DNA of 60,925 nucleotides, the filler included, from Sluysia triapertura (taxonomy: Eukaryota): NCBI GenBank assembly GCA_046118255.1. It is 4 parts of 4 records of this genome, joined end to end, with 100 filler letters (N's around TTAATTAATTAA, not from the genome) between each part and the next. Parts side by side here need not be neighbours in the genome. Positions count along the whole stretch, not along the records: positions 13,359 to 36,107 come from JBJNIA010217362.1; positions 36,208 to 49,789 come from JBJNIA010031271.1; 2 more parts are not named here. One strand, written 5' to 3'. The translations under genes were made by a program, and so were the position numbers. A model generated the notes under the pieces. That model had not been told where the DNA came from. It did not search any database and worked only from the letters and a program-made list of their open reading frames with translations. Position 1 is the first letter of the stretch, and the number at the start of each line of letters is the position of its first letter. Positions 26,948 to 40,579 of the stretch are shown in pieces.

Positions 26948-28339
26948 ATTTTTTGGAAAATAAGATTTCTTTTTTCGAAAATAATTTTAAAGTGTTATAA
27001 TTACATTTTAATGATTTTAGACGATGTTGATGACAACCCAACATTATTAATAGCTTCATTAACTTTATAATATTCTCTTCGGTAATATCTTTAATAACAT
27101 CTTCAATTCAAGATGAATGTTAGATTTATTGATTTATAAATCATAATTAAATAAAATTTCTATTTGTCACGAATAATACGTCGTCGACCACCGAATTTAT
27201 CAACATTTATAAATCGAGTAAGTATTTTCTGTGTTCAGCAATATTTTATTTCTCATCTAATCTTAGATAACATTTATTATACTTGCTTAACTTTAAATCC
27301 TACAGTTTCCGTCTCATTATAACAGTAATTTAATAATTATTGCTACCTAAAATTAAGGAAGATGCATTCTGGTAAAAATCCGTGTTAATTAAATTTACTA
27401 TCTTCATACATATGAACAAATAATTTAAGAACATAACATTAATCTCAGTTTTTCTCTTACAACTTAGCTAATTTTATATTAGTTTTATATTTAGAATCAA
27501 TTTATTATTGCATTTATATTTGAACTATTCTTCTTAGTTTCTTTTAATTGTTGCCGTCAATTCGTAATTTTTCAGCAATCCTGTCATCTTTTAACGTTGG
27601 AAACTCTGCTGCGAATTTCATCTTTTATTGTTTTTCTTAAAAGATTTACGATTTAAATGAATAATGTATGACACAACTATTAAGAAGGAGAAAATGCTCA
27701 GAACAAAGAAAGGTTAAATAAATATAAATTTCTACATAGAAATTCGAAGAATATAATTATATTTTTTGATGGAAAATTGATAACAACAATTCGGTAAATT
27801 GTTAAAATAATAAAAGAAATATTAAAAATAATGATAATAAAATCTTTCTATTACCAAAATATTATTGGAAGCACTTTAATACTTACAACAATAATAGTTT
27901 ATCATTATGATAATATTCCAATTCACAAATTAAAGGTACTATTAAATTGGCTGTCTGACAATAATATTACCATTATATACTTTCGATCTAGATATTATAA
28001 AAATATATATGTGGAATACTAATAATAAAAGTATACACATAATGTAGAACAGTTTCAAAGTAAAATATATTTGTAAAAATTAATTTTTCAGAATCATAAT
28101 GATTTCTAAATATAGCGATTTTTTAAAATTGTAAGTACACATTTGTTATGTAATTAATATTAATTTAATTACAGGATTATTCATATAATTTAATTTAAGT
28201 ATTATTTATTTATTTATTTATTATTATTATTTATTAAGTATAATTTAATTTAATTTAATTTAATATAATTTTAAGTATTATATTAAAACAATTAATAAAT
28301 TTGCTACTGAATTACTCCTAAAATCTCAAATTATATCAA

Positions 28340-28995
28340 ATAACTTATAAATGAAGATGTTTCGATCACTCTTGAATTTATTAAACATAAACTGATTGAT
28401 ATATTTTCATTAGAAGTATTCATTTCAACAATAAAAAGAACAATTGGATCATTTAACTACATTTTTAAAAGAACACCACTAATTCCTGATGAAAATATTA
28501 TCAGGATAAATCAATATACTCGACTTTTGCTAAGTCAGTATGAAAGTTTTTTTGATGAAATGAGAATCAGTTGTTCTTCTAGGAAAAAGTGTGGCAGAAA
28601 TGAAATAGGAAATACGCCCCAAAAAATAATAGCTGCCATTAGTTCAAAAAATGATGCCATATGTGCTTCAATTAGTAAAGATAAATCGCTTTTTTATCTA
28701 ATCTTATTATTAATCTGGAGAAGAATAATTTAACAAATCCCTTAACCATTATGGATAATGATAAATATGTCAAGAATAATCATGAAATAAAATCGTATTC
28801 TCCACAACTTAATCCAATTGAAAAAGTATTTTAGAAATGGAAAAATGTCATAAAATCTGCAAATTGTCAAACAGAAGATTAATTAAAATTGAAAATAATT
28901 CAATCAAATTTGGATATCAGTAGAGAAGACTGTAACTCATTTTAGTCATATGTGCGACTATTTAATCAGAACAATTGACAATGAGCCATTTTAAA
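28340..28995 (+). mobile_element. IS630/Tc1-like DDE transposase pseudogene
   Basis: NEDVSITLEFIKHKL...ISTIKRTIGSFNYIFKR (winged HTH), FFDE, IMDN and YSPQLNPIEKVF*KWK (DDE_3 motifs); deletions and stops. Confidence 0.85.
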
Positions 28996-29125
28996 TAAAT
29001 ATCTTTTCTCGTAAATTTCTTGTAATGTTATTAAAAAATATGAATGTTCGCTTATTCTGTAGTTTTTTATTTTATTGAATAATATATAAGCATTATTACA
29101 ATAATCTAATTAATTTCTAAAAAGA

Positions 29126-29727
29126 CCTTGCTTACCAGAAAATAAGACAGGGCTTATATTAATTTTCACACTCCAAAATGACACTAAGGTTTATTTTTTT
29201 GGAGGTGTCCTAATTTCATATAATTTTGAAATACAACGAATTACGAAATTTCTAAGTATACAAAAACATTAAAGACGATCTAAATTTACTAATGAATAAC
29301 ACATTTGTGTTTGAAAACCACTAACTATAAATGATTCAAAAATGACCATATCGTCGTCTTCTGAAATTCCACATTTTCTACGGAGTTTTTCAATTAACTG
29401 AATTTCATTATTTCAAGTCACTCTCATGGATGTTGTGCGCAAAGGAGAAATTATTTGATAATTACCAAAGTGAATCATAATCAAACTCTTGCTATAGTCA
29501 GACACAGTCATAATGTTAACCAGAATGCTTTGACAATGAAAGTATTTCAGAATGTATTGTAATTTAAAGCCAAATGTATTTTAAGTACAGAATTATATGC
29601 TAAATAATTCACTGAATGTCGTCTTAAGCCATCCAAATCGGTTATCAACCAGGATTTATTTTAGGGGTAGATCTTACATTGAAATCATTTTGAAACATCA
29701 AACTAGGTCTTATTTTCGGGGAAACAG
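29126..29727 (-). mobile_element. Tc2/pogo-type internally deleted DNA transposon
   Basis: TIRs CCTTGCTTACCAGAAAATAAGACAG ... GGTCTTATTTTCGGGGAAACAG, repeated GG(T/G)CTTAT motifs, and internal minus-strand RKCGISEDDD (pogo/Tc2 C-terminal KKCGIS...EDD). Confidence 0.7.
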
Positions 29728-30632
29728 AATATGTTTATATGACAAAATGCTTAAATTATAGATTAAATTATATGGAAAACCCTGTAAAACGGTGCCAAAA
29801 TTATTTACCTATTAATATTTATTGAATATATTTCGTATATTTTAATTGTATAACCAAAATTTCATTTCTACATGTATAAATTATTATAAATATATTATAT
29901 ATTTTTTATATATTTAAAATTAAAATGATTTTCATTAAGTTTTTGAAATTTTGATAATTTTATTTTCAAGGTATATACAAATATATTTTTCTATGTTTAA
30001 AATATTTCTTAAATTTAGCTTACTTTTTACTTATGCTACGATAATTTGACAGATATTTTCAGATTGATCAATAATTATCATCCTAAATTCAAAGTTAAAT
30101 AATATTAAAATTAATAATTATCATTATTATAATTATAAAATAATTAATAATTATAAAATAAGTATTAAGCCACATTTTAAAAGAGATAATAGATCGAACA
30201 CAAATAAATTAATATTGGCACATATGAATAACAATAACAATTTCTCTTAAAACAGCACCATCTCAATGGATAATTTCATTTTGAAATGCAGAAAAGTATC
30301 TCTTATATAACATAAAAAAGATGCGATTTAGAAATTAATCAAACTTGCTATCTAAAGTGTTATTTGATGCATTATATAAAATTAAATAAACGAAGTATGA
30401 AAAGTACTAAACTAATTATTTAGCAATAAATATAATGTCTAAAAAATAAATATAAAAATATGCTGAAAATAAATTGAATAATATTAGAATAACAAATAAA
30501 GAAATTAATGAAAAGATTTATTTAAGAATAAGTGGTACTTCAATAAATAGTGAGCCTAATAATGAAATATATCTAAGAAATTCAATCATATTTTATTATA
30601 TTTTAATCTAATTAAGGAAAATTCACAATAAT

Positions 30633-31070
30633 ATGAATGAAATTGGGTATAGATCAGTGCTAAAGTTTTTTGTTGCAGAAGAAGGTAAAGAAATATTCAA
30701 AGAATTAAGTATACAACTATTAATTAATAAATTAAGAATATTTTCGTTTTTTTAATGATGATAATGTTGGCAGACCGATTAATGGGAAGAATATTTGAGT
30801 TTTGAGGAAAAATAGCCAATTATAAATGCTGAACATTATCAAACACTGTTGGTAACTATGAGAAGTATAATATCTCCCAATAAATACAAAAACAATTTAT
30901 TGAAAAATGGTAAGTGAATTAAAGCAAAGCTCTAATACTTAAAGTGAAGGAAAATGTGTAGAAATATTGTCAAGAAATATTTCGGAATAACCAAAATAAT
31001 TCTATTTTGGAAAGAAATTGTTTTTATCATGAAAAAAGTTGACTGAAAATATTTGAAATATGTGTTAATA
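30633..31070 (+). mobile_element. mariner transposase remnant
   Basis: MNEIGYRSVLKFFVAEEGKEIFKEL (mariner N-terminus) and IINAEHYQTLL (cf. TINAEYYxxLL); mostly deleted. Confidence 0.6.
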
Positions 31071-31980
31071 TTTATTTACTTTCTACATTATTTTCAACGT
31101 TTATATTATATTATAGGTTACTATTTTCGTTTTGTTTAATATAGTTTAGAGTTATTTATTGTTATGGACATAGCTGAAGGCTTAAATCTATCACAGACGC
31201 ATCATTAAAACATTCAATCTTTTTTGAATTCACTTAATCGAAAACCATTTGTTAATTCGAAATATTTTTATAATGATTAATGTAAATAATTAGTTTTACA
31301 TTGTACATTCTGATCTATCTTTAACAAACACTTCTTACATAATTATCGACTTAACTTTTATGATTTTCAATATTTAACTTTTAACTAAGGAACATCATTT
31401 TCAATGCATCTTACATAAACATCAAATTCGGTATCATATTTCAACAACATTTCATTCTAGTTTATATGATTATTTCATTATACTTAATTCTTTGTTAAAA
31501 CTTCTAGAATTAATTAAAATAATAATTTCTTGAACTATATCCGTTAATTTTCTGATAACTTCACGAATGAATAGTTATAAAAGCATAACTTTCCAAAAAT
31601 CCAATCTAATCTAAAGCTATATTACTAAACTTTTTTTAATTAAGTTAAATAACAAAAGCACTTTTATCAATTTTTTTATTTTAGAACATACCTTCAGTAT
31701 TTTTAATGTACTATATAAAAATGTTATACATATACAATGGCATCCTACCAATAAAAATAATAATAGTAATAATAAAAATAAAATAATATTAACGATAATA
31801 AAAAAAACAATAACAATAATTGCGATATTATAAAAGTGTAAACCTTCCAATTTAAAATTATAAAGTACATTTCTTGCAATTGTCAACTATTTCTAAATAC
31901 ATTAAAAAAGCTTTCTAATGCTACAAAATTTTCTTCCGTTGCAGATTGTAATTTAGTAAATCTAACTACATGTGAAGTAG

Positions 31981-31983
<3 letters not shown>

Positions 31984-32035
<52 letters not shown>
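31984..32035. repeat. (AAT)n microsatellite
   Basis: Directly visible. Confidence 0.95.
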
Positions 32036-32038
<3 letters not shown>

Positions 32039-33559
32039 GTGAGATAGAAAAATAATATTAATGGCGAGATGGTAATACAATATAATAATAGTAAAATAAT
32101 AATAAAATCATAGCCCCGGCAAAAGTAATAGTGAAAATTCATAATTTTATAACGATATGTAATACTGGAGTCTTTGTCCTTCCACACTGGATACGGAAAC
32201 AAAAAGAAAGACAATGACAGGACGCAATTGCACTAATAACAAAGCGTGTGGCGCGTTATTTAACCTCCTAATATGTACTACTGATTTTATATATAGTTAA
32301 GATTTTAGCTTTGATCTATTATTTTAGGACTCGTAACTTATGAATTTAAGTTTTAATTGTTATGATTTCATGTTCGTGTAATACGCTGAATTTGAGTTAA
32401 TGTGTGAGTATGTACGTGCATGTATGCGATGAGAAAGAAGAAAGAGTCTGATAAGCGTTGAACACCACAATTATTACTAACATTATTAGTATATAAGTTA
32501 TAATTATAATATTATTATTATCACCAATAATCACACTATATATTTTATTGTTTATTTTTATAAATATTTTATTCCTAAAATTCTTACTTTTTTACTTTTT
32601 AATTTAATTTTATTATTAATTTTGTAATATTTTTTGATTATTGTTATTATTTCTATTATTAATTTAATTTTGTTACATTAATTTAATATTTCATCAAGAC
32701 CTGACAAATGATTTCATATCTAAGTCATTTTAATTCAACATAACGTGAATAGGATTGTTAACAAAATATTTTATATGCTATGAAAAATCACGGTAAGTAC
32801 CTGGAAAATCGAAATACAAAAGTTAATTGAGAAAATTGTTTAAAATGTTCATTCATTTATTTGTCTTAATTGTTATAAAAAAAAATATCAGTATTTAATT
32901 CTTCATATCATTCATCATTTTGATAACAAGGGTTCATTAATTCCAAAAAAGTAAACCACGTACATAATTAAACATTATTTTCACTCTTTAACCTTGTGTC
33001 TAGTAAGATTAGAATTCTTCACAAATTGTCTTCAGTTGAATTCTCTTTATCTAAAATATATAACCATATTTAGTTTCTAGAAATCGATTTATTTATTGTT
33101 TCATTAAAATAAAAAAATTATTTATCATAGTTTCAATTAAAATCATAAAGTAACACTTAAACTCTAAAAATTAATTGAAAAATATTTAATTTAATTTAAT
33201 ATCACATTTCTTATATTTTATAAATTCAATAATTTCATAATTAAAGTCAATACAATCTTTTATGAGCCTTTGTGTAGATCGGTTATGCCTTCAAATCAAT
33301 TTCACACAATAATAAAACTTATATTAATAAAATTCTAATTTTATAAAGTTTTGTAAAATAAAAATTTTTTTTGAATTAAATTAAAAATAAAAATTAACTA
33401 TTTAATTTCGATTTTACTCGATAGAAATGCCCTTGCTAAACTACCTTCAGCATGTGAAAAATTCAAATAAATATATCTATTAAAAGTGGTCATCAAATTC
33501 CGAAAATGATAGAAAGTCATCATATAATTCGTCTTAAAAATCATCATCATTGTCATTAT

Positions 33560-35600
33560 TAAGGAAGTGGTGTCGTTGTTATTGAATAGTGCAGTTTTCC
33601 TTAATTTGATTTTATATAATTGAAAGTTCTTGGAGCCATTTCTGGTTTGATCTAGAGATTACATAGTACCATTTTCAGAGCATTCTTTATATTCTTAATG
33701 ACTTATGTTGGTGCCTTTCAGAGTCGCCCCTTTACTCTTATTTTAATCAGTAATATTGGATAATAAGGAATAACATTTGGGCCGTGGTTTCGGTTTTTAA
33801 ATTTACCTATTATATCTTGAAATTTAGTACTTGACATTGGATAGTTTGATTTGACAGGTCCAATAATTCATCTTTATCATTTTATTTAATAAAGTATCTA
33901 AATTAAACTATCAGTATTACTAACCATAATTTCAATCTTAAAATTAAATTGCTGACGATATTTTTCTAATTCTTCATATTGTAATTGATACATTCTTAAT
34001 TTACTTAAATCCTATATAACTTGGTTTATCTAAACACACTAGTGATAATCAAAACTGTAATCAAATCATCAGCAATTTTAATTGAATTTTTTTAATTGGT
34101 TTTAATAGTGTAATTAATTAGGTAGTATGACAAAATCTTACATTAGTACACTGTTTTAAATTTTCTGTAGTTATGTCATAAAGAGAATTGTTTTTAAAAT
34201 TCTAAAAAATTTTCTGGAATTTTTTCGTTGCTTGACTACACTTATTTGTGTTACAATCAATGTATTTCTTTAAATACAAGTTTAATTAAATTTAACGACT
34301 CTACGAATTTTACGAACAGTGGCTCCTGATTTTAAATACATTTGTAGGATACTGCAATGCACTATTAATTAAATTTAGGTTCATGAGTTAATAATAATTT
34401 TTTAACTTTAGAATATGGTAGTTAGTTAACGTGTGCATGAGATGGAATAATCAAGTAAAATTAGAATGTATAACTTATTTTACTAATTACTGTACCTGTA
34501 TTTGGTAAATTTACAATTAATTTATTTACATCATAAATTCATTCGAAGCCATTACTAATATTACTGTCAGCTTTTAAATAATGTCATTCCACCTCATACA
34601 CCATTTTTTGATTTAAGTACTGATTCCAAACTTAAAATAGGTAATGATAAAAGTTGGCTGATCTTCTTTTATGACTGTTTTCTTAAATTCTTCAAAAATA
34701 TCAATCCATAAATATGCGTCTAATTATTAAGTAGGCCATCGAGTAATCAAATAAATTTAATTTTTGACACATTTTTAATGCCTTATTGTAATCTTCATTA
34801 CTTATATTATTATTCCAAATTGGTAGTAATGATTTAATATTTTGTTGTACACCGAGAGATGATATGGAAAAATACTCTTTGATTTAATACTTTAATAGTT
34901 AATGCTAGTTATATTTGTTAAAAATGAAAAACTATCGTTAAATTTGATTGAAAATTTTTTAATGATTTAATATAAACAAATAAGGCTTGAAACTTTTCTG
35001 AACTTCGTGGTTTACAAGTTATTTCTCAATTTATTATTCACCCAATGCGTATTTTAATATATGATGAATGTCATATCCACGAAAATTATGAAATACTACA
35101 AGTAAGGTCGGACTAATTTTTCTATATAATGCCACTAAATACTTATCAGTAAATGGTCATAATTTTTAACAAGTTTATTTTCAGGTTTTTTTTGCACCAT
35201 TAAACTGAAATTATTTGCAATTACTTAAATTCATATATTTCTGATCTTCGTAATAAAGCATAACTTCTTCCATTTTATTTAAAAACGTACTACACATTTG
35301 TTATCAGCAAAACTGTACTACTAATAATAAACCTGCAGCTAATGGTTCATGTAGATACTGATTCAAAATATGTAAATAACAAATCATTTACTGTTTTACT
35401 GCGGTTACTAAATTCATATGCATTATCAATTTCCTTAGTGTACAAATTATTTCTTTCAAGATTTTTATATAACTTAATACAATTATTAAATTAGATATCT
35501 ATCCTAAATCCTCTTTGTACACCAATTACACCTTATTCTTAAAAAGTTCTTCATGTCTACATTAAGACATTTATTTAACTCTTTGATTGCTGCATAATTA
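33560..35600 (-). mobile_element. Polinton/Maverick protein-primed DNA polymerase B (pPolB) pseudogene
   Basis: Colinear motifs on the minus strand: DH..FTDKYLVAL (endoVII-like DHCHxTGKYRG); VVFHNFRGYDIHHILK (35053-35099, ExoII); IKFNDSFSFL; KSIFPY (about 34870); DAYLWIDIFEEFK; GV*GGM; IYDVN; VHCSILQMYLKSGATVRKIRRVVKF; KKYIDCNT; KNNSLYDITTEN; DKPSYIG/DLSKLRMY; MVSNTDSL (about 33910, cf. YTDTDS); IGKFK; KSKG. Many stops and frameshifts. Confidence 0.9.
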
Positions 35601-36107
35601 AACTTATTTCTATATAATATATCAATAAATGAATTTTTAAAAATAATGTACTTATCCTAGATATCATATTCATCAATATCATCACATTAAAAAACTTTTT
35701 TATAATAGTTCAAATTTAGATATATTAAATATAGTCATGTGGAATACAAAATCTTTACTAATACAAAATCTATGGCTTTTATATACATGGTCGTTTCCAA
35801 AATTTGTAACTAAATTAGAAAATAACATTAATAACACCACGAACACTTATTAACCTATCTGGTGTCTTAATATTTAAAATATTAAAACATTATTCTTTTA
35901 ATATTTAAAAATATTAATATTGTTATTTTAATATACAACTCTAAAACCATTTTCTAACTCTGTGTGTACTTGTATTTTTCATTTATTGAATCGTACCTTA
36001 CATTTTACTTAATATCACTTACTTAATATTTGTTAGATTTTTCCTTAGTCCTAACAAATTATCTGTAGGGTCAGTTCGCTTAGTATATACGCTTTATACC
36101 AAACTTG

Positions 36108-36207
36108 NNNNNNNNNNNNNNNNNNNNNNNNNNNNNNNNNNNNNNNNNNNNTTAATTAATTAANNNNNNNNNNNNNNNNNNNNNNNNNNNNNNNNNNNNN
36201 NNNNNNN
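36108..36207. other. Artificial contig linker
   Basis: N44-TTAATTAATTAA-N44. Confidence 0.97.
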
Positions 36208-39200
36208 CTGCAATAACATTAAGACGAAATAAGTTTGAGTGGTTAGTAGAGAGTTAAGATTCTTTTGTTTTTATTATTATTTTACGTTTTGTTTTGTGGT
36301 AACGACATTTATGTTGTGTAACCCTTGTGATTTTTAATAAAGTTAGAAAATAATTTATTAAAGAATTTGATTTAAAGAAGTGTTTTAAATATAAAAAGAG
36401 TTTGATTTATATAACTATAGTTGTGATATAAAGAAATTGATTTATAGAATTATATTTGTCATATAAAGGTTTGATTTGTATAATTGTTATATAACGAGAT
36501 TAATTTTTATTTAATTTTAGTTATTAAAAAGGGATATTAATAAACGAAGAAACACAACAAATTTGTCAAAACAATAGTGATTAGTTTTATTGTAAATATA
36601 TTATGGTTAAAGATAATGTTACAAAACAAACAACATATAACTATTGTAGTGTTAGTGATCATCTTTATCATCAACACTTCTTTAACTTTAAGCGATTTTA
36701 AATAATCAAATTCCGGTTCATGGTTATTAAATGTGTAATGTACCCCCATAATCTACTACTCGACCAATTACATTATGACTCCTCTGAACACTACTATTCG
36801 ACCACCTTTATCACCAGTAGCTACAGATTTTCCGGATTCATCAAATTCAAGACGAATTATGATGTCAGCATCGTTAAGATCTACCTTTCATTTGAGAGAA
36901 GTACCATTTCAAATTTAGTTTTAATTTTTCCTCTGTAACATCATTTGAACAAGCTTCCATTTCAAACACAATATCTATCCACAAAACCAACGAGCCATCA
37001 CCTTAATATTTTAAAAAATTTCACATTTCTATTTTGTGACTTTTTAGGTGGTTGGCTGCCTATTTATATGATATATACATGTTGTGAAGGTAATATAAAT
37101 TTGATTTGCCGTTGTGTGCATAATTATCATCATAATCATCGTCATTATTGTCATCATTATCATCATACTCATTGTGATCATATGGTCATCACTATTATCA
37201 TAATCGCCATCATTATCATCACGATCATCATCATTTTCACTATAATTATCATCATTATTATCATCGTTACTACTACTGCCATTTTTATTAGTAGTAGTAA
37301 TTAACTTTGGACACCAATATTACAAATTTTTGACGGTAATAATTTTTATCTTAAATAAAAACAATGAACAAACTTGATTAAAAATATGCAATGTTCTCTT
37401 CTAAATTTTGAAGTAGAGGAAAAAAGAAAAATGAATTTGATTGAATTTTGAAAAATGGAAACAAATAGATTATTACGCTAAAAAATATTCTTTAAAAAAA
37501 ATCATTAATGTATGAAAAGCGAAAGCAACAAAACCAGCAAAAAAACAGATCCTACAAAATTTACTTATATTCACTCTTAAAACTCTTGAATATAATGCAA
37601 TTTGATTGTTTACTAGAATCTGAAACCTCTTTAACAAAAAAACTCTTCAAAAAGTCATAAGAATTTGATGCAATAATATTCGCAGTTTGATTAGATTGTA
37701 AAGTTGTTGCATTATATTTTGAATAAGTGTAATTTGAATCTTTTGTTCATGCACATTTTCTTAATTTAGAAAATTTTTGATTTTTAAAGAAAGAGTAACA
37801 AAATCATCTCCTAATTTAATATATTGTTTACTTTCTCTTAGACCATTTAATAAATCAACTGTTTCAATTTCGAAAAGTAATTCTAAATTCAATTTATGAA
37901 ATTTTATTTGTTCATTATAGTAATTATTAAATTTGAAAAATTGAGAGTTACAAGAAAAAGGTTAGTGAGTCATAATGATAATAAAAATGACAATGAACAC
38001 TGAGTTTAATATTTTGGTTAAAAATGTTGATAAAAAGAATGATGAGTGATGTAATGTTGCGAATGATATGCACAAAATTCGTTATGATGTAATTTTTTGT
38101 GATAGGTTTGTGTATATGATTTGTGTGATATGTAGGTAGGTGTGGGCTGGACGCGAAAGTTTTAAATTAAGTACAAGCGTTAAAATCTCTATTGATAAGT
38201 ATTAAATTCTAATAACACGTCTCCAATAGTGGTATAAATCGTATATACCACTATTGGTATATATTAGGCGAACCGACTCCTTAGATATTTTGTAAGATTA
38301 AGTTTTTAATAGAAATATCAATTATTATTATTGCATTATCAATTATTATTTTCATTATTATTATCATTTTAATTATAATTCTCATCATCATTTCATGATT
38401 ATTTTTGGCTATTTAATTATTTTAGCTGTCAATTTGGACAGTATTTCAATTGTTCAATTTTAATACTGTCATCAGTTGACAGTTTTCATTACTTTTATAT
38501 TAATTTTATTGGCCAACCAATGAGATATACATTTTAGTATGATCTCAAATATTGGTATGCATAATATTAATTTTAAATCACAATTAATTTGGACAACACA
38601 ATAATTCTGAATAAGTTCGTAGCTAATTATTAAATTCGATTAAAATGTCTTTAATAATTTTTACCACTAAGATACACAACGTGATTATTAAAAGTTTATT
38701 ATTATTATTAAAAGTTTAAGGAATTTTAAAATGAAAGTACATTACAAAACAAGCTTTGATATTCTAAATGTTTCACGAGAAATGTAAATATTTGAACAGT
38801 TTTGAAGACGATTACGATAATGATGATTATGATTATGAAGATTATGTCAAGGTTAAACATAAACAGTAGTATTGTGTGCGGAATAACTAACAATGTGATT
38901 AAAAATTATTGATTTTTATTGATTTATTGATATTTTGATGTGTAAAATAATATATTTCATTTTTGTAAAAATTATATTCATGTGGATTTTGTAAGTGATT
39001 TTATTATTATAATTTTATTTAATAATTTAGTAACTTTATTTTAATCATTTTTGTAAAATTAGTAATTTTATTAATTTTATGTAGTTTTAAAATCAGTAAT
39101 TAAAAATTTTATTAAATTTTTGTCTAAGAATAATTTTTATTTTGTTTAAATTAACCCCCAAGGTTAATAGACGAAGTAATATAAATAACACAATTCATAT

Positions 39201-40337
39201 TTTTTTAAAGAGGTTCATTTGGCATAATTTGTACAATTTTCATTCGTTCGACAATTTTTTCAATCTTAACCTTCTCATAGTTTCGTTGACTCAGTTTCGT
39301 TGACTCAGTTTCGTTGTTTTTTATACACAACAACGTTCATAATGATTTAATAAAAATGTAAAATTCATGATGATGGTAACAATTTTGTTTATTTTATAAT
39401 TTCAAATTAGCCTAATATTTTTATTTATTTTATAATTTTAAAATAAAGATATAATTTATATTTTTAATTTTTGAATAAGGTAAGACAAGGATAAATCGAT
39501 TTTTATTTGATTTTATAACTTTATTTCATTTTAATTTTGAGAATATTTTTAAGTGTCTAAATTTTGCTTTCGATAAATTGATTTTAATTGAGTTAGGGAT
39601 ACACCTTGTTCAGATTATTTTAAATTGACTTAACTTATATATTTAAGTTTGAATTTTAATTTTTTTAACTTTTAGCTAGTGATTTTAATTACATTGTGGG
39701 TGGCTCCCTGCTCAAATTATATTTTAATAGTTTTTCGTTGTTACGTTAAGTAAAAATATTTGACTAAATATAAACATAATTGTTATCGACTTTAATTATT
39801 TGTAGAAACTGATATTTTAATTTTAATAATTATTGCGTTACTTCTGGTTTTATTTTATTTTAATATTGATAATAAACAGATATATTGTTGATATTAAGAT
39901 TTAATCATTTTTAGTTAATTTATTCCTGTTATGAAATTTGATTTTTGTAGTTATTATAGATTGATTTGCTCTTTTTAATTTGAAAATAAAAATAATTTTT
40001 GGGTTAATTTAACTATTGAGTTTTTGTTAATAATTTGGATTTAAGGCTCAACATTACATCGAGAGTTTCTAATAGACTTAAATATTTCATTCTTTATTTA
40101 AGAGAATAATATAAATGAGATAAAAATATAAAATCTTTTGACTCAAGCATTAATTTTCAAAAGTTAATTTTACTTCTGAAATGGATTCTTTTAGATTCGT
40201 AAAGTTTTCATATTTTAGTAATTTTATTGTCATTTCTTTTCTTGCCGATCTAGTTTACCTGGAATATTATTGCTTTTACTCATTTCTTATCAACGTTGAT
40301 AATGGTCCTTCATTTTTGTTTTTGTTCAAAGAATAAA

Positions 40338-40455
40338 GGTTAGACATTTGTTCGAATGCTCTACCACTGAACTATTAGCCCCGTCTAACAATTTCATATT
40401 TTTAAATTTAAATTCAATTTTACCAAATGGCACTTTTAGGCCTTTTACCCCAACA
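40338..40455 (-). mobile_element. Second, internally deleted copy of the tRNA-carrying TG...CA element
   Basis: Reverse complement reads TGTTGGGGTAAAAGGCCTAAAAGTGCCATTTGGTA...TGTTAGACGGGGCTAATAGTTCAGTGGTAGAGCATTCGAA-CAAAT-GTCTAAC. The 3' half of the tRNA is missing but the terminus is kept. Flanks are TAAA/TTAA. Confidence 0.75.
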
Positions 40456-40579
40456 TTAATAATATTGTTGATTGTTATTTTAATGTGAGAAGTAATTTAA
40501 GTAAAAATAGAGTAGAGTAAAAGAAAATGATGGTTGATGTAATAAGTCAAATTTTTGTGTTTTGTACATAATGAAGTTT

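Noticed and set aside
24160-27700. Further transposase relics (piggyBac-like 24200-24800, pogo-like 27100-27700; also Tc1-like about 11480-11600 and hAT-like about 42040-42150)
   Set aside because: Only one or two short degenerate motifs each; plausible but too weak to annotate without an alignment.
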